Below, in pieces: positions 8,765 through 18,315 of a DNA stretch of 64,000 nucleotides. Numbering within the stretch: the stretch's first letter is position 1; each line of letters opens with the position of its first letter. Below the pieces are notes generated by a model. The model had not been told where the DNA came from. It was given only the letters and a program-made list of their open reading frames with translations, and made no database searches. Position numbers and translations under genes: made by a program. Source of the DNA: Chlamydiia bacterium (GTDB lineage Bacteria; Chlamydiota; Chlamydiia; Chlamydiales; JAAKFR01); assembly GCA_963827485.1 (NCBI GenBank), contig CAWHBB010000004.1, positions 98,627-162,626 of the forward strand, given 5' to 3'.

Positions 8765-10948
8765 ATGACGCTATCGGTTTTAACGGATCGCGATCCTGCT
8801 CTGCAGAGCGATATCTTTCGTCTCATCAAGGGGGAGCATTGGGATCCCCACCAGCTGCTTGGCCTCCATCCCATGGATCAAAATTCGAAGGTGATTCGAC
8901 TCTTCCGCCCCGGTGCAAGCGAGATCTATCTGGAGCTCTCTGGGAAGATTGTGGAGGCGACAAAGGTGCATGAGGCGGGGCTCTTTGAGCTTCTAGTGCC
9001 TGAGAAGACAGGCCCACTTGACTACCGCATCTACCACCAAAATGGCCTTCTCGCTCACGACCCCTATGTCTTCTTGCCCACCTTTGGAGAGATGGATGCC
9101 CATCTTTTTAACAAGGGTGTCCACTACCAGATCTATGAGCAGCTCGGCGCCCATCCCACGATCCATCAGGGGGTAAAGGGGGTTAAGTTCGCCGTCTGGG
9201 CGCCCTCTGCGATGGCCGTCTCTCTGGTCTGCGACTCAAACTTCTGGGATGGACGGCTCAATCCGATGAGGAGCCTCGGCGCATGCGGCGTCTGGGAGCT
9301 TTTCGTACCCGGTCTTGAACCGGGCGTGCACTACAAGTTCGAGATCAGGACCAAGTCGGGCGAGCTCAAGATCAAATCAGATCCCTACGGAAATGCCTTT
9401 GAGCTTAGGCCTAAGACCGCATCGGTTGTGACAGAGATCGACCGCCATGTGTGGGGCGATAGCGCCTGGTTAAAAAAGCGCAGCGAGACGCCGTGGAAAG
9501 AGAGGGCGATGAATATCTACGAGGTGCAGCTCGGCTCCTGGCGACGCCCCTACGGCGAGATCATGAACTACCGCAAGGTGGCTCTCGAGCTTGCGAGCTA
9601 CTGCAAAGAGATGGGCTACACCCATGTGGAGCTGATGCCGATCTCTGAGTACCCTTTCGACGAGTCGTGGGGCTACCAGGTCTGCGGCTTTTATGCCCCC
9701 ACAGCGCGCTATGGAAGCGCAAGCGACTTCCAATTCTTCGTCGACCACCTCCACCAAGAGGGCATAGGGGTTATCTTGGACTGGGTTCCTGCCCATTTTC
9801 CCACTGACGAATTTGCCCTTGCTCGCTTTGATGGAACCGCTCTCTACGAACATGGCGACCCCAGGCAAGGCTACCATCCCCACTGGAACACCCTGATCTT
9901 CAACTATGGCCGCCACGAGGTGTCTAACTTCTTGATAGCCAATGCTCTTTTCTGGCTCGAGAAGATGCATGTGGATGGCCTGCGAGTCGATGCGGTGGCC
10001 TCGATGCTCTACCTCGACTATGGGCGTGAAGAGGGCAACTGGATTCCGAACGCCTATGGAGGCAAGGAGAATCTCGAGGCGATCGAGTTTCTGAAGCATC
10101 TCAATGCGGTGGTGCATGAGCGAGTGCCGGGGGCGCTGATGATCGCTGAGGAGTCGACCGCTTTCACTGGGGTGACCACCCCTGTCTCCTATGGTGGGCT
10201 CGGTTTTGATCTGAAGTGGAATATGGGCTGGATGAACGACACCTTGCGCTACATCCGCGTCGACCCGATCTTCCGCAAGTACCATCAGAACGAGTTGACC
10301 TTCGGGCTGATCTACGCCTTCAGCGAGCGCTTTGAGCTGGTGCTCTCTCACGACGAGGTGGTGCACGGCAAGGGGAGTCTGCTCACTAAATGCCCTGGAG
10401 ATCTCTGGCAGCGCTTTGCTAACTTGAGGCTACTGCTCTCCTACCTCATCACCCAGCCGGGCAAGAAGATGCTCTTCATGGGAGGGGAGCTTGGGCAGTG
10501 GAACGAGTGGTGGTGTCAGGAGGAGATCCACTGGCATCTTTTGCAATACCCTAACCACCAGAAGATCCAGAACTTGGTGCGCGACATCAACCGGTTCTAC
10601 CTCTCGCAGCCGCCGCTCTGGCAGCGCGATTTTGATTATAGCGGCTTTGAGTGGGTCGACTTCTCCGACACCGAAAACTCGGTCCTGGCCTATCGCAGGA
10701 AGGGGGACGCTCCTTACGAGCTGCTATGCGTCCACCACTTCACGCCCAACTTCTTTCCCGACTACCAGCTGAACCTGCCTGGGGTCAAATCGATACGAGA
10801 GCTCTTCAACTCCGACGACGTGGCCTACGGAGGGTCGGGCAAAACCAACCCCTCAGTTGAGATAGTGGAAAATGAGAGAGGGGAGGGGGCCTCTATCCGC
10901 TTCACGCTGGCCCCCCTTGCAACGATGATCTTCGAGATCAGATATTAG
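8765..10948 (+). CDS. glgB: 1,4-alpha-glucan branching enzyme
   Basis: FAVWAP, SWGYQ, DGLRVDAVASM, AEEST, LSHDEVVHGK. Confidence 0.97.
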   Translation: MTLSVLTDRDPALQSDIFRLIKGEHWDPHQLLGLHPMDQNSKVIRLFRPGASEIYLELSGKIVEATKVHEAGLFELLVPEKTGPLDYRIYHQNGLLAHDPYVFLPTFGEMDAHLFNKGVHYQIYEQLGAHPTIHQGVKGVKFAVWAPSAMAVSLVCDSNFWDGRLNPMRSLGACGVWELFVPGLEPGVHYKFEIRTKSGELKIKSDPYGNAFELRPKTASVVTEIDRHVWGDSAWLKKRSETPWKERAMNIYEVQLGSWRRPYGEIMNYRKVALELASYCKEMGYTHVELMPISEYPFDESWGYQVCGFYAPTARYGSASDFQFFVDHLHQEGIGVILDWVPAHFPTDEFALARFDGTALYEHGDPRQGYHPHWNTLIFNYGRHEVSNFLIANALFWLEKMHVDGLRVDAVASMLYLDYGREEGNWIPNAYGGKENLEAIEFLKHLNAVVHERVPGALMIAEESTAFTGVTTPVSYGGLGFDLKWNMGWMNDTLRYIRVDPIFRKYHQNELTFGLIYAFSERFELVLSHDEVVHGKGSLLTKCPGDLWQRFANLRLLLSYLITQPGKKMLFMGGELGQWNEWWCQEEIHWHLLQYPNHQKIQNLVRDINRFYLSQPPLWQRDFDYSGFEWVDFSDTENSVLAYRRKGDAPYELLCVHHFTPNFFPDYQLNLPGVKSIRELFNSDDVAYGGSGKTNPSVEIVENERGEGASIRFTLAPLATMIFEIRY

Positions 10949-12047
10949 GGAATAGGCTCTTGACAGTAGCTCTTATCCATTTGAGTTCTTTTTGAGAATA
11001 GATGGGCCCTCGCCCCTCTATACTCTGTGCAAGAGCAATACTCGCTTCATTGCCTAGGTCTATAGCGCTGGCCGCAAGCGTTTGGAAAAACGCTTCAGGG
11101 ATCTCGGCGTACATCTCTAGGATCAACGCGTTATCGAAAGGGGTGTAGGAGCCACTCTCGATCCTGCGCTCGAGCTCTCTATCGCATCGATCATTTGGCA
11201 GAAATAGATTGTATAGGTAGACGTCCTGTACGACTTCCACTCCAGGAAGGCTTTTTGTGATCTGGGCCTGATGAACAGTGCAGATGATGCTCCAATCGCG
11301 CTCAGAGAGATGCTCCATATCGCGGAGCGCCACCTTCGCTGCGAGCGAACTGTAACCGGCTCCCCTCAATCTGCGGGGGAGATTTCGAAGGGCCTGGTCC
11401 ACCGCTCTCTCCGATCGATCGATACGACCCCAATCTTCTTTGGTCAGCCTACCCGATTCCAGTCGCTCTTTGAAATCCGAGTCGTACTCAGAATCAGGTT
11501 TCAAAATCTCGTAGAGAAGGGCGCTTGCACAGCTATCCTGATTCATCGCCTTTACGAAATCGGTTTCTGGAGTTTTCTCTGCCTCCATCACCCTTCTGAC
11601 TCGCACGATTTTTTGACGCAGATGGGAGAGCTGCTCATATTCTCCTGGAGAAAGATCGGCATTCCCGCTCCTGAGTTTTTCGGCAAGGTCGGATTTGCGA
11701 TGCTCTAGGATCTCGATCATCTGCTGCTTCATGCGCCCTTTTTCTGCCCGAGCCTTATAGGCTCTTCGACTGAGGAAAGTTACAACCAGAGGCAGGATAA
11801 TATCTGCGGCAATCGTGCATGCGCCGTAAACATTCAGCGAGCCGTCGTAGTTGTATCCAAAGTCGGTGCAGAGAATGTAACAGGAGCCGACGATGAAGCC
11901 GGCTGTAGCAAGGGTGGCAATGATCCCAAGAGCCCACTTTGCTCCGCAGCTCATCGGCTGGTGCGTGACTATGGCCTCTAGTTTGCTCCTGGTTTGCGGA
12001 GCCATGGGCCAGGCTGGGCCACCTCTTAGTTCTGCAGGCGTCGCCAT
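10938..12047 (-). CDS. Inc-like membrane protein, array paralog A
   Basis: The start MATPAEL follows GAGGAAGAATAAT. N-terminal bilobed hydrophobic domain; ALLYE and RDWxI motifs shared with B, C and E. Confidence 0.8.
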   Translation of the reverse strand: MATPAELRGGPAWPMAPQTRSKLEAIVTHQPMSCGAKWALGIIATLATAGFIVGSCYILCTDFGYNYDGSLNVYGACTIAADIILPLVVTFLSRRAYKARAEKGRMKQQMIEILEHRKSDLAEKLRSGNADLSPGEYEQLSHLRQKIVRVRRVMEAEKTPETDFVKAMNQDSCASALLYEILKPDSEYDSDFKERLESGRLTKEDWGRIDRSERAVDQALRNLPRRLRGAGYSSLAAKVALRDMEHLSERDWSIICTVHQAQITKSLPGVEVVQDVYLYNLFLPNDRCDRELERRIESGSYTPFDNALILEMYAEIPEAFFQTLAASAIDLGNEASIALAQSIEGRGPIYSQKELKWIRATVKSLFPNI

Positions 12048-12048
12048 A

Positions 12049-13215
12049 TTATTCTTCCTCCTCCTGTGGTAAAAGGCTTGCTGCAAACCTTCGAAGTATC
12101 TGCCACTCTGCTGGGGTGTAGTAGAGATCTAGCCTTTCTACGCGCCCTGCAAGAACACTTTGACCGTTCTGACGTAGCATGTTCCCAAGCGTTGTGAAAT
12201 AGTTCTTGGGTATCTCCCCATCAAGAGCGAAGATAGAGGCCTTGCAATAATTGGTGGGAATTTGGTCCCACTCTAAGTCGAGGAACCTAAATGCCAATGT
12301 GGAGCTGCGCCCCTCACTCTCCTGCAGCCGTTCATAGAAATAGAGCTGACGAGCCGCCTTTTGCAAAGATTGGGTATTACCTTCAGCTTTCCAGTCACTC
12401 TTCCACATCAATGTCTCTAAAATTGTCCAATCGCGTTTGGTGTAGCCTTCGGTTTCGCGCCTTGTGACTTTAGCTGCAAGCTCACGGTAGCCCATCGTTT
12501 TCAAACGGCTGACCAGCTTATCGAGGGCGCGAGAGCTTGCTTCTTCCGTGTCATTCATCCGTTTTACATCGTCACGAGTCATCTGGTTGCGAAACAATCT
12601 ATCCACATACCCCTCATCAGCTTCTCTCGATCCAACAGGCTTCACAAGCTCATATAGAAGAGCGTTGCGGCGAGGAAATTCGCGTAGCGAAGTATCAAAA
12701 TCCTCCTCACTTTTGGATGCACAGCGAAACTCAAAGATGCGATTAACCCTTTTATCGAGGTGATCAAGTGTAGCGATTTCTTCAGGGGTATATTTCCCCG
12801 ACCCGTTCAACATTTTCTCTTCTAGAGCCTCATATCCCGTAGGCTGTTCTACCCTGAGTGCCTGCAGGAGGAGCTCTTTTCGCAACCTTCTTGCTGCCCG
12901 CCATGCATCAAGGCCCTTAACTACAAACGCTACAATTAGAGGAAGCAAAATAACCGCTATTGCGAGGCAGCTCGACAAATGATTAAATGACCTATCAGCA
13001 TGGTGACCTATATCGGTAGACCATATGACGCACGATGTCACAAATAAACCGGCATATAGAATAGCCGCAACTGCCCCTAGGGTCTTTTTAGCACAGCTGC
13101 TTAATTGCTGGTGGTTGGCAATCGTTGTGAGCTCTTTTGCCCGGCCGCTCGCCACTTGATTGCTTGCAGCTGTAGGAGCAGCTCTTAGAGCTGCAGAGGT
13201 TGCTTGTGTATCCAT
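12049..13215 (-). CDS. Inc-like membrane protein, array paralog B
   Basis: Start MDTQAT; bilobed hydrophobic domain; C-terminal YTPAEWQILRRFAASLLPQEEEE. Confidence 0.82.
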   Translation of the reverse strand: MDTQATSAALRAAPTAASNQVASGRAKELTTIANHQQLSSCAKKTLGAVAAILYAGLFVTSCVIWSTDIGHHADRSFNHLSSCLAIAVILLPLIVAFVVKGLDAWRAARRLRKELLLQALRVEQPTGYEALEEKMLNGSGKYTPEEIATLDHLDKRVNRIFEFRCASKSEEDFDTSLREFPRRNALLYELVKPVGSREADEGYVDRLFRNQMTRDDVKRMNDTEEASSRALDKLVSRLKTMGYRELAAKVTRRETEGYTKRDWTILETLMWKSDWKAEGNTQSLQKAARQLYFYERLQESEGRSSTLAFRFLDLEWDQIPTNYCKASIFALDGEIPKNYFTTLGNMLRQNGQSVLAGRVERLDLYYTPAEWQILRRFAASLLPQEEEE

Positions 13216-13216
13216 A

Positions 13217-14425
13217 TTACTCTTCCTCCTGTGGTAAAAGGCTTGCTGCAAACCTTCGAAGTATCTGCCACTCTGCTGGGGTGTAGTTGCTTTCTCGCTT
13301 GCCTATGCGGTCGGCAAGGTTATGGTAGCCCGCATCTTGTAGTGCATCCCCAAGGTCTGCGAAAAAGTCCCTAGGTATCTCATCGCGTAGGGTTAGAATG
13401 AGGCTCTCAAAATAGGGAATCTCCTCTTCGCCTCGGTTTCGGATTCTAAGCCCCAAAGCGGAGCTGCGACTCTCTTTGCTCGCTTCACTCTGTAGCAGGT
13501 CGTGTAGCTGGACGTCGCGAATAGCCCTTGTGGCAGCCTCTATGGTTGCAGGGTCGGGCTGCTGCTGATCGTCTGTCCACGCGAGCGTCTCTAAGATGGC
13601 CCAATCGCGATTGGAATAACCGACGGTTTCGCGCCTTAGGACTCTATCTGCAAGCCTATCGTAGCCCATCAGGCGCAGGCGGTTAGTCAATAGGTTAAGA
13701 GTCGAGGAAATGGTCTGTTCGTCATTATGCATCTTCTCTCTATCCGCCGGAGTCGGCTTCTTGCTTGCCAATCTTGTCTCATACCCTTCGTCCCGTTGCT
13801 CGGTTCTCAAGCGCTCATAAAGAAGAGCGCCCTTGCGTGCGTGTGTCTCAACCGAAGCTGCAAAATCATCTCTACTCCCTGTCACCTCCTGGAAATGGCT
13901 GACTCGTTCAGCTCTTTCATAGAGGCCGCGCAGAGTTGCAGTTTCGCTTTTAGAATAGATCGCCTTTCCGTCTCTCATTGCCTCTGCTAAAATTCCATAT
14001 CCTTCAGGCTTCTCCATTTCCATTACCTGCATCATGCGCTCTTTACGCACTCTTCTCTCTTGTCGAGAACTATTTATGAAAAAAGCCCCTGCGGCTACTA
14101 CCATGGGAAGGAAAATATCGACAAAGGCAAGGGTTCTACCTATCTCGTTAAAGCTACCATCGGCGTGGTAACCTATATCGCCCTGAAAGACCACATAGGA
14201 GGCGACGGCTAAACCGATAGCCACAACGGCCCCAAGAACCCCCAGAACAATCTTAGTACATGTAGTCAGCCGCTTATGGCCGGCAATGGCTTTAAGTTCC
14301 TTATCGGAAACTTTACCACTACTTGGAGCCTTTGAAGAAGAGGGGCCGCCACCGCATCCCCCAATGGGAGGGCATCGAGAGGCGCAATCGAGTATGCAAC
14401 AAACAGCGTCAATTGGATTTCCCAC
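13217..14425 (-). CDS. Inc-like membrane protein, array paralog C
   Basis: GTG start after AGGAA; Cys-rich N-terminus; bilobed hydrophobic domain; close paralog of E. Confidence 0.82.
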   Translation of the reverse strand: MGNPIDAVCCILDCASRCPPIGGCGGGPSSSKAPSSGKVSDKELKAIAGHKRLTTCTKIVLGVLGAVVAIGLAVASYVVFQGDIGYHADGSFNEIGRTLAFVDIFLPMVVAAGAFFINSSRQERRVRKERMMQVMEMEKPEGYGILAEAMRDGKAIYSKSETATLRGLYERAERVSHFQEVTGSRDDFAASVETHARKGALLYERLRTEQRDEGYETRLASKKPTPADREKMHNDEQTISSTLNLLTNRLRLMGYDRLADRVLRRETVGYSNRDWAILETLAWTDDQQQPDPATIEAATRAIRDVQLHDLLQSEASKESRSSALGLRIRNRGEEEIPYFESLILTLRDEIPRDFFADLGDALQDAGYHNLADRIGKRESNYTPAEWQILRRFAASLLPQEEE

Positions 14426-14459
14426 CGGCGTTCCTATATTTTAGTTATTAATAGCTAAT

Positions 14460-14488
14460 AGTTTACACCAAAGCTGCTAAAAAATCAA
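14460..14488 (-). promoter_or_regulatory. Putative sigma66/sigma70 promoter of paralog C
   Basis: TTGATT-N17-TAAACT on the minus strand, within a ~90-bp block duplicated upstream of E. Confidence 0.6.
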
Positions 14489-14528
14489 CTTAAAATTTGA
14501 ATTTAAACATAAAGAGTTAATTGAGAAA

Positions 14529-14666
14529 GTTGAGCAAGCAACCCGTGGAGCGAAAGAGGAAGATGATAGCTTGGAAAGTGTTTCTAAGGGTGAGAGATTC
14601 GGCGCTTTTTTAAATCGAATGGGCCAGTTCTTCTACTACCCAACAGAACCCCAACCGGGGGATGTT
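14529..14666 (+). pseudogene. Internally deleted remnant of the 16106-17158 gene
   Basis: Reads VEQATRGAKEED/DSLESVSKGERFGAFLNRMGQFFYY.., matching IEQATRGAKEGD and ASLESASEDERIGAFFDRMRQFCFYY; no ATG start. Confidence 0.8.
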
Positions 14667-14753
14667 GGCGATGGTTGTGAGCGTTTTTGCCCGACCGCTC
14701 TCCACCTGATCGCTTGCAGCTGGAGCAGCTCTTAGAGCTGCTTGTGTATCCAT
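14610..14753 (-). pseudogene. Truncated 5' copy of paralog B
   Basis: MDTQAALRAAPAASDQVESGRAKTLTTIAN matches the B N-terminus, and homology ends at about 14664. Confidence 0.8.
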
Positions 14754-14754
14754 A

Positions 14755-15951
14755 TTACTCTTCCTCCTCCTGTGGTAAAAGGCTTGCTGCAAACCTTCGA
14801 AGTATCTGCCATTCTGCTGAGGTGTAGTTGCTTTCTCGCTTGTCTATGCGTCTGGCGAGGTCCTCGTAGCGCGCCTCTTCTAGTGCATCCCCAAGGTCTG
14901 CGAAAAAGTCCCCGGGTATCGCGTTGTGGAGGGCTAGAATGAAACTCTCGAAATATGCAATCTCCTCCTCGCCTCGGTTTCGGATTCTAAGCCCCAAAGC
15001 GGAGCTGCGACTCTCTTTGCTCGCTCCACTCTGCAGCAGGTCGTGTAGCCGGACGTCGGGAATAGCCCTTGTGGCAGCCTCTACGGTTGCACGGTCGGGC
15101 TGCTGCACACCGTCTGCCCACGCGAGCGTCTCTAAGATGGCCCAATCGCGATCGGAATAGTCGTCGGTTTCGCGCCTTAGGACTTTATCTGCAAGCGTAT
15201 CGTAGCCCATCCGGCGCAGACGCTTAGTCAATATGTTAAGAGTCTTGGAAGTAGACCCTTCGTACTTATGTATGCACTTTCTATCATCAGGAGTCATCTG
15301 ATTGCTTGCCAATCTCTCCATATGCTCCACATTCTCTTGGCGCTCTTGTTGAGGTTTCAAGCGCTGGTAAAGAAGAGCGCCTAGGCGTGCATGCTCCTCA
15401 ATCGCAGTTCCAAAGCTATCCTCGCTCCCGGTCACCTCCTGGAAATGGCTGACCCGCTTAGCTCTTTCATAGAGGCCGCGCAGGATTAGGGTTTCGCTTT
15501 TAGAATAGTCCGTCTTTCCGTCCCTCATTGCCTCTGCTAGGATGCCATATCCTCTAGGCAGTTCTATTGCCATTACCTGCATCATGCGCCCTTTACGTAT
15601 TCTTTTCTCTTTTCGAGAAGCATTCATGAAAAAAGCCCCTGCGGCTACCACCATGGGAAGGAAGATATCGACAAGGGCAAGGGTTTTACCTATCTCGTTA
15701 AGACTACCATCGGCGTGGTAACCTATATCGCCCTGGAAGACCACACAGGAGGCGACAACTAAACCGATAGCCACAAGACCCCCAAGAACCCCCAGAACAA
15801 TCTTAGTACATGTAGTCAACCGCTTATGCCCGGCAATGGCTTTAAGATCCTCATCGGAAACTTCAGTAGCCTTTGAGGAGGAGAGACCATCGAGGCATCC
15901 CCCAATGCCGCAATCATTAAGAAAGCAAATTAGAAAATCGGAGCCAAACAT
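14755..15951 (-). CDS. Inc-like membrane protein, array paralog E
   Basis: Recent duplicate of C, with long identical stretches; bilobed hydrophobic domain. Confidence 0.85.
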   Translation of the reverse strand: MFGSDFLICFLNDCGIGGCLDGLSSSKATEVSDEDLKAIAGHKRLTTCTKIVLGVLGGLVAIGLVVASCVVFQGDIGYHADGSLNEIGKTLALVDIFLPMVVAAGAFFMNASRKEKRIRKGRMMQVMAIELPRGYGILAEAMRDGKTDYSKSETLILRGLYERAKRVSHFQEVTGSEDSFGTAIEEHARLGALLYQRLKPQQERQENVEHMERLASNQMTPDDRKCIHKYEGSTSKTLNILTKRLRRMGYDTLADKVLRRETDDYSDRDWAILETLAWADGVQQPDRATVEAATRAIPDVRLHDLLQSGASKESRSSALGLRIRNRGEEEIAYFESFILALHNAIPGDFFADLGDALEEARYEDLARRIDKRESNYTSAEWQILRRFAASLLPQEEEE

Positions 15952-15986
15952 CGGGAGTTCCTATATTTTAGTTATTAATAGCTAAT

Positions 15987-16015
15987 AGTTTATACCAAAG
16001 CTGCTAAAAAAGCAA
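15987..16015 (-). promoter_or_regulatory. Putative sigma66/sigma70 promoter of paralog E
   Basis: TTGCTT-N17-TAAACT; duplicate of 14460-14488. Confidence 0.6.
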
Positions 16016-16105
16016 CTTAAAATTTGAATTTAAATTTAAAGAGTTAATTAAGAAATTGACCCCAATTCTTTTTCCCTCCTACAATTCTCTTAACAAAGAG
16101 CGTCC

Positions 16106-17158
16106 ATGGCGGCAGTAGCAGCAGCATCAGCGCAAAGGGGTGCAACTCTTCCTGTAGAAAAAGAGATCGATCCCATTGAAAAAAGGGTTCAGGAGCGTAT
16201 CCAGCAGCTTTTTCAATCCATGTCGCAACACATGGCTTGCGCCTTTCACCACCCGGTTCATCCCGCCCTTCTTCAAGCTTACTCAGAGAGGATAAACAGC
16301 TTGATCGAACAGGCAACCCGTGGGGCGAAAGAGGGAGATCAAATCTGTTTCATCGGCGCTGCCGGCCCAGAGCAGAGTGCCATCCAGAAGCTATCCAAAG
16401 GCCAAAAAATAGTATGTGTGGATGGCAGTCGCTCTTTTTATGAAGAGAGCTTCCGATCCAATTCAAACGTCAGATTCACTCACCATATTTTTGGCAGGGA
16501 TCTCTTCGAAGGGGTTTACAGGGCTGCCTTTGAGGTCGACGCTAGCTTGGAAAGCGCTTCTGAGGATGAGAGAATCGGCGCTTTTTTTGATCGTATGCGG
16601 CAGTTCTGCTTTTACTACTCAAAAAAACCCCAAAAGGGGGATTTTGAAGCACTTGAGCCCTGTAAAGCGATCATCTGCCTCAATGTTTTTTCAGAGATTT
16701 CCGGCTACTTTAGAAGTCTTCTTGTGAAATTGGCACACAGTTTTGCAGATGGAAAAGAGAATTTTGATCGCCTTCTGGAGCAAAACGTCAAGCTGAAAAA
16801 GCAACACGACGCTTTTATATACGAGATTCTTCCCCGGCTGGGTTCTGCCATTCGAGAGTGCCATATGGAAGGCCTTGTAGCTAGAGCGGCTCAGATGAAG
16901 GCAAGCCTTCTTCTCAGCGACACTACAGAGCGGTTTTGCTTCGATCGAGATAGTCCAGAAAAGCTCTCCGTTGATGTAGACTTTGGCACTACCATTCTGC
17001 GCGATCTTGAATTGAGGCTCAATCGAGCAGTCGGCGCGGAGCCGACAGAGAGACTTCTCTGGCCTCCTCTGCGCGGAATGGAGTATAATGGCAAGCCAGT
17101 TGGTTATCGGGTTTTGGCCTATCTGAAGCTCTCTCGTGAAGAAGAGGGTAAAGAGTAA
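16106..17158 (+). CDS. Hypothetical protein, possible divergent class I SAM-methyltransferase fold
   Basis: ICFIGAAG...IVCVD...IICLNVFSEI...LLLSD spacing; Ala-rich N-terminus. Confidence 0.65.
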   Translation: MAAVAAASAQRGATLPVEKEIDPIEKRVQERIQQLFQSMSQHMACAFHHPVHPALLQAYSERINSLIEQATRGAKEGDQICFIGAAGPEQSAIQKLSKGQKIVCVDGSRSFYEESFRSNSNVRFTHHIFGRDLFEGVYRAAFEVDASLESASEDERIGAFFDRMRQFCFYYSKKPQKGDFEALEPCKAIICLNVFSEISGYFRSLLVKLAHSFADGKENFDRLLEQNVKLKKQHDAFIYEILPRLGSAIRECHMEGLVARAAQMKASLLLSDTTERFCFDRDSPEKLSVDVDFGTTILRDLELRLNRAVGAEPTERLLWPPLRGMEYNGKPVGYRVLAYLKLSREEEGKE

Positions 17159-17184
17159 CCCAGCTTTAATGAAAAGGAAGTGCT

Positions 17185-17649
17185 ATGTCATCGAGTGTAT
17201 GTGCCAAGGGTCTAGATTTCTCCAACCACTTTTTTGCCCCTGAGCTCTTTGCTCACAAGAGCAAATGCGCGGTGAGCTGCTACGACAACCACCCGATTTT
17301 GACCCGCCTTGTGGCGGTGCCCTCGGCGACCGTGCTTGGGCTCATCAAGCCGCTGCTCTTTCCCCTTTGGGCTGCGGTGGGGGCGGTTGTGCTGCCTATC
17401 ATTGCGGCGGTGAGGGCCTATAAGGGCAGTGAGAGCGGCTTTCTTCTCGTGACCTGGGCCTTCACCCTCCTCGGCCTTGCCGGCGTGATCTCCTATGTGC
17501 TCATAACGGTCTACAGCCTCACCCTGCTCGAGGCGATCGTGGTTCTTGTCGCAGCTATCACCGTATCGCTCGCCATCCACGTCTACCGCGCCTGCTCGCA
17601 CCCCAAACAGCTCTACGGCAGTGAATTAAAGAGGCCTCTGCACATTTAG
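17185..17649 (+). CDS. Hypothetical membrane protein
   Basis: 154 aa, four hydrophobic segments, AAGGAAG RBS. Confidence 0.75.
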   Translation: MSSSVCAKGLDFSNHFFAPELFAHKSKCAVSCYDNHPILTRLVAVPSATVLGLIKPLLFPLWAAVGAVVLPIIAAVRAYKGSESGFLLVTWAFTLLGLAGVISYVLITVYSLTLLEAIVVLVAAITVSLAIHVYRACSHPKQLYGSELKRPLHI

Positions 17650-17677
17650 AAGGGTTTGCAAACCTCGCCATCATACG

Positions 17678-17760
17678 CATCCTGTTTCTTTTTGAAGAAA
17701 GAACAAGATATGCAGGATCGCTAAGAGCGGCAGGATAAGCAAGATGAACTTGCTTTCAAG
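17678..17760. repeat. Palindromic repeat family A, copy 3 (truncated)
   Basis: CATCCTGTTTCTTTTTGAAGAAAGAACAAGATATGCAGGATCGC is identical to copy 2. Confidence 0.85.
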
Positions 17761-17770
17761 TCGCCCTTCT

Positions 17771-18217
17771 TTAGAGCGTATAGGGTAGGAAGGAGCGGAT
17801 CTCTTCGGCTCTGAGATGCACCACATTTTTGTGGATCTCCTGCTGGATCAGCTTCTCCACATTGGGGTCGACCTTCTCGCGAAGGAAGGCGCAAAAGGTG
17901 GGAGGCGCAATGAGATAGACCCTCTCAAAGGCTCCCTGGTGGAAATGCTCGTTGAGCACATGCGCTACCTCTTCGGCAAAGTAGAGCTTCTCCCTTTTCT
18001 TGGGTGAGATCTTATCCGATTCAGTGAATGCATGACTGCCAAAGCCGCGAGGGCCCCTCGCTGCAGAAGTGCCATGCTTGTCCGAGACAAGCTCGATATT
18101 GTTCAGGCGCGCTTCCGGAGATGCTAAGTTGCGCACCTCTTCTATTTTGTTGACATCCAGCACGTTGAATATTCTCGCCTCGCTTCCATCTGCGGCCACG
18201 ATCCAGACCTTGCGCAT
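17771..18217 (-). CDS. Host attachment protein family (bacterial aeRF1-like fold)
   Basis: WIVAADGSEARIF, LVSDKHG, FAEEVA, LIAPPTF..LRE, EIHKN. Confidence 0.85.
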   Translation of the reverse strand: MRKVWIVAADGSEARIFNVLDVNKIEEVRNLASPEARLNNIELVSDKHGTSAARGPRGFGSHAFTESDKISPKKREKLYFAEEVAHVLNEHFHQGAFERVYLIAPPTFCAFLREKVDPNVEKLIQQEIHKNVVHLRAEEIRSFLPYTL

Positions 18218-18315
18218 AGAGCTGCCTCGAACTATGTAATTATTTCTTCAATTATAACCCAAGGAGCTATCCAGCAGCAAGTTAATGGTCTAAGTCATTG
18301 ATCATCAGCGAGATG

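Noticed and set aside
12048-14792. ORF-track starts MQQAFYHRRRK (12086, 13251, 14792)
   Set aside because: These are alternative-frame readings of the upstream gene's conserved tail; the ATG right after TAAT has the better RBS.
12049-14830. Shared 3' blocks of the Inc-like paralogs as a diversity-generating retroelement (TR/VR)
   Set aside because: There is no reverse transcriptase in the window, and the blocks are near-identical without adenine-specific variation.
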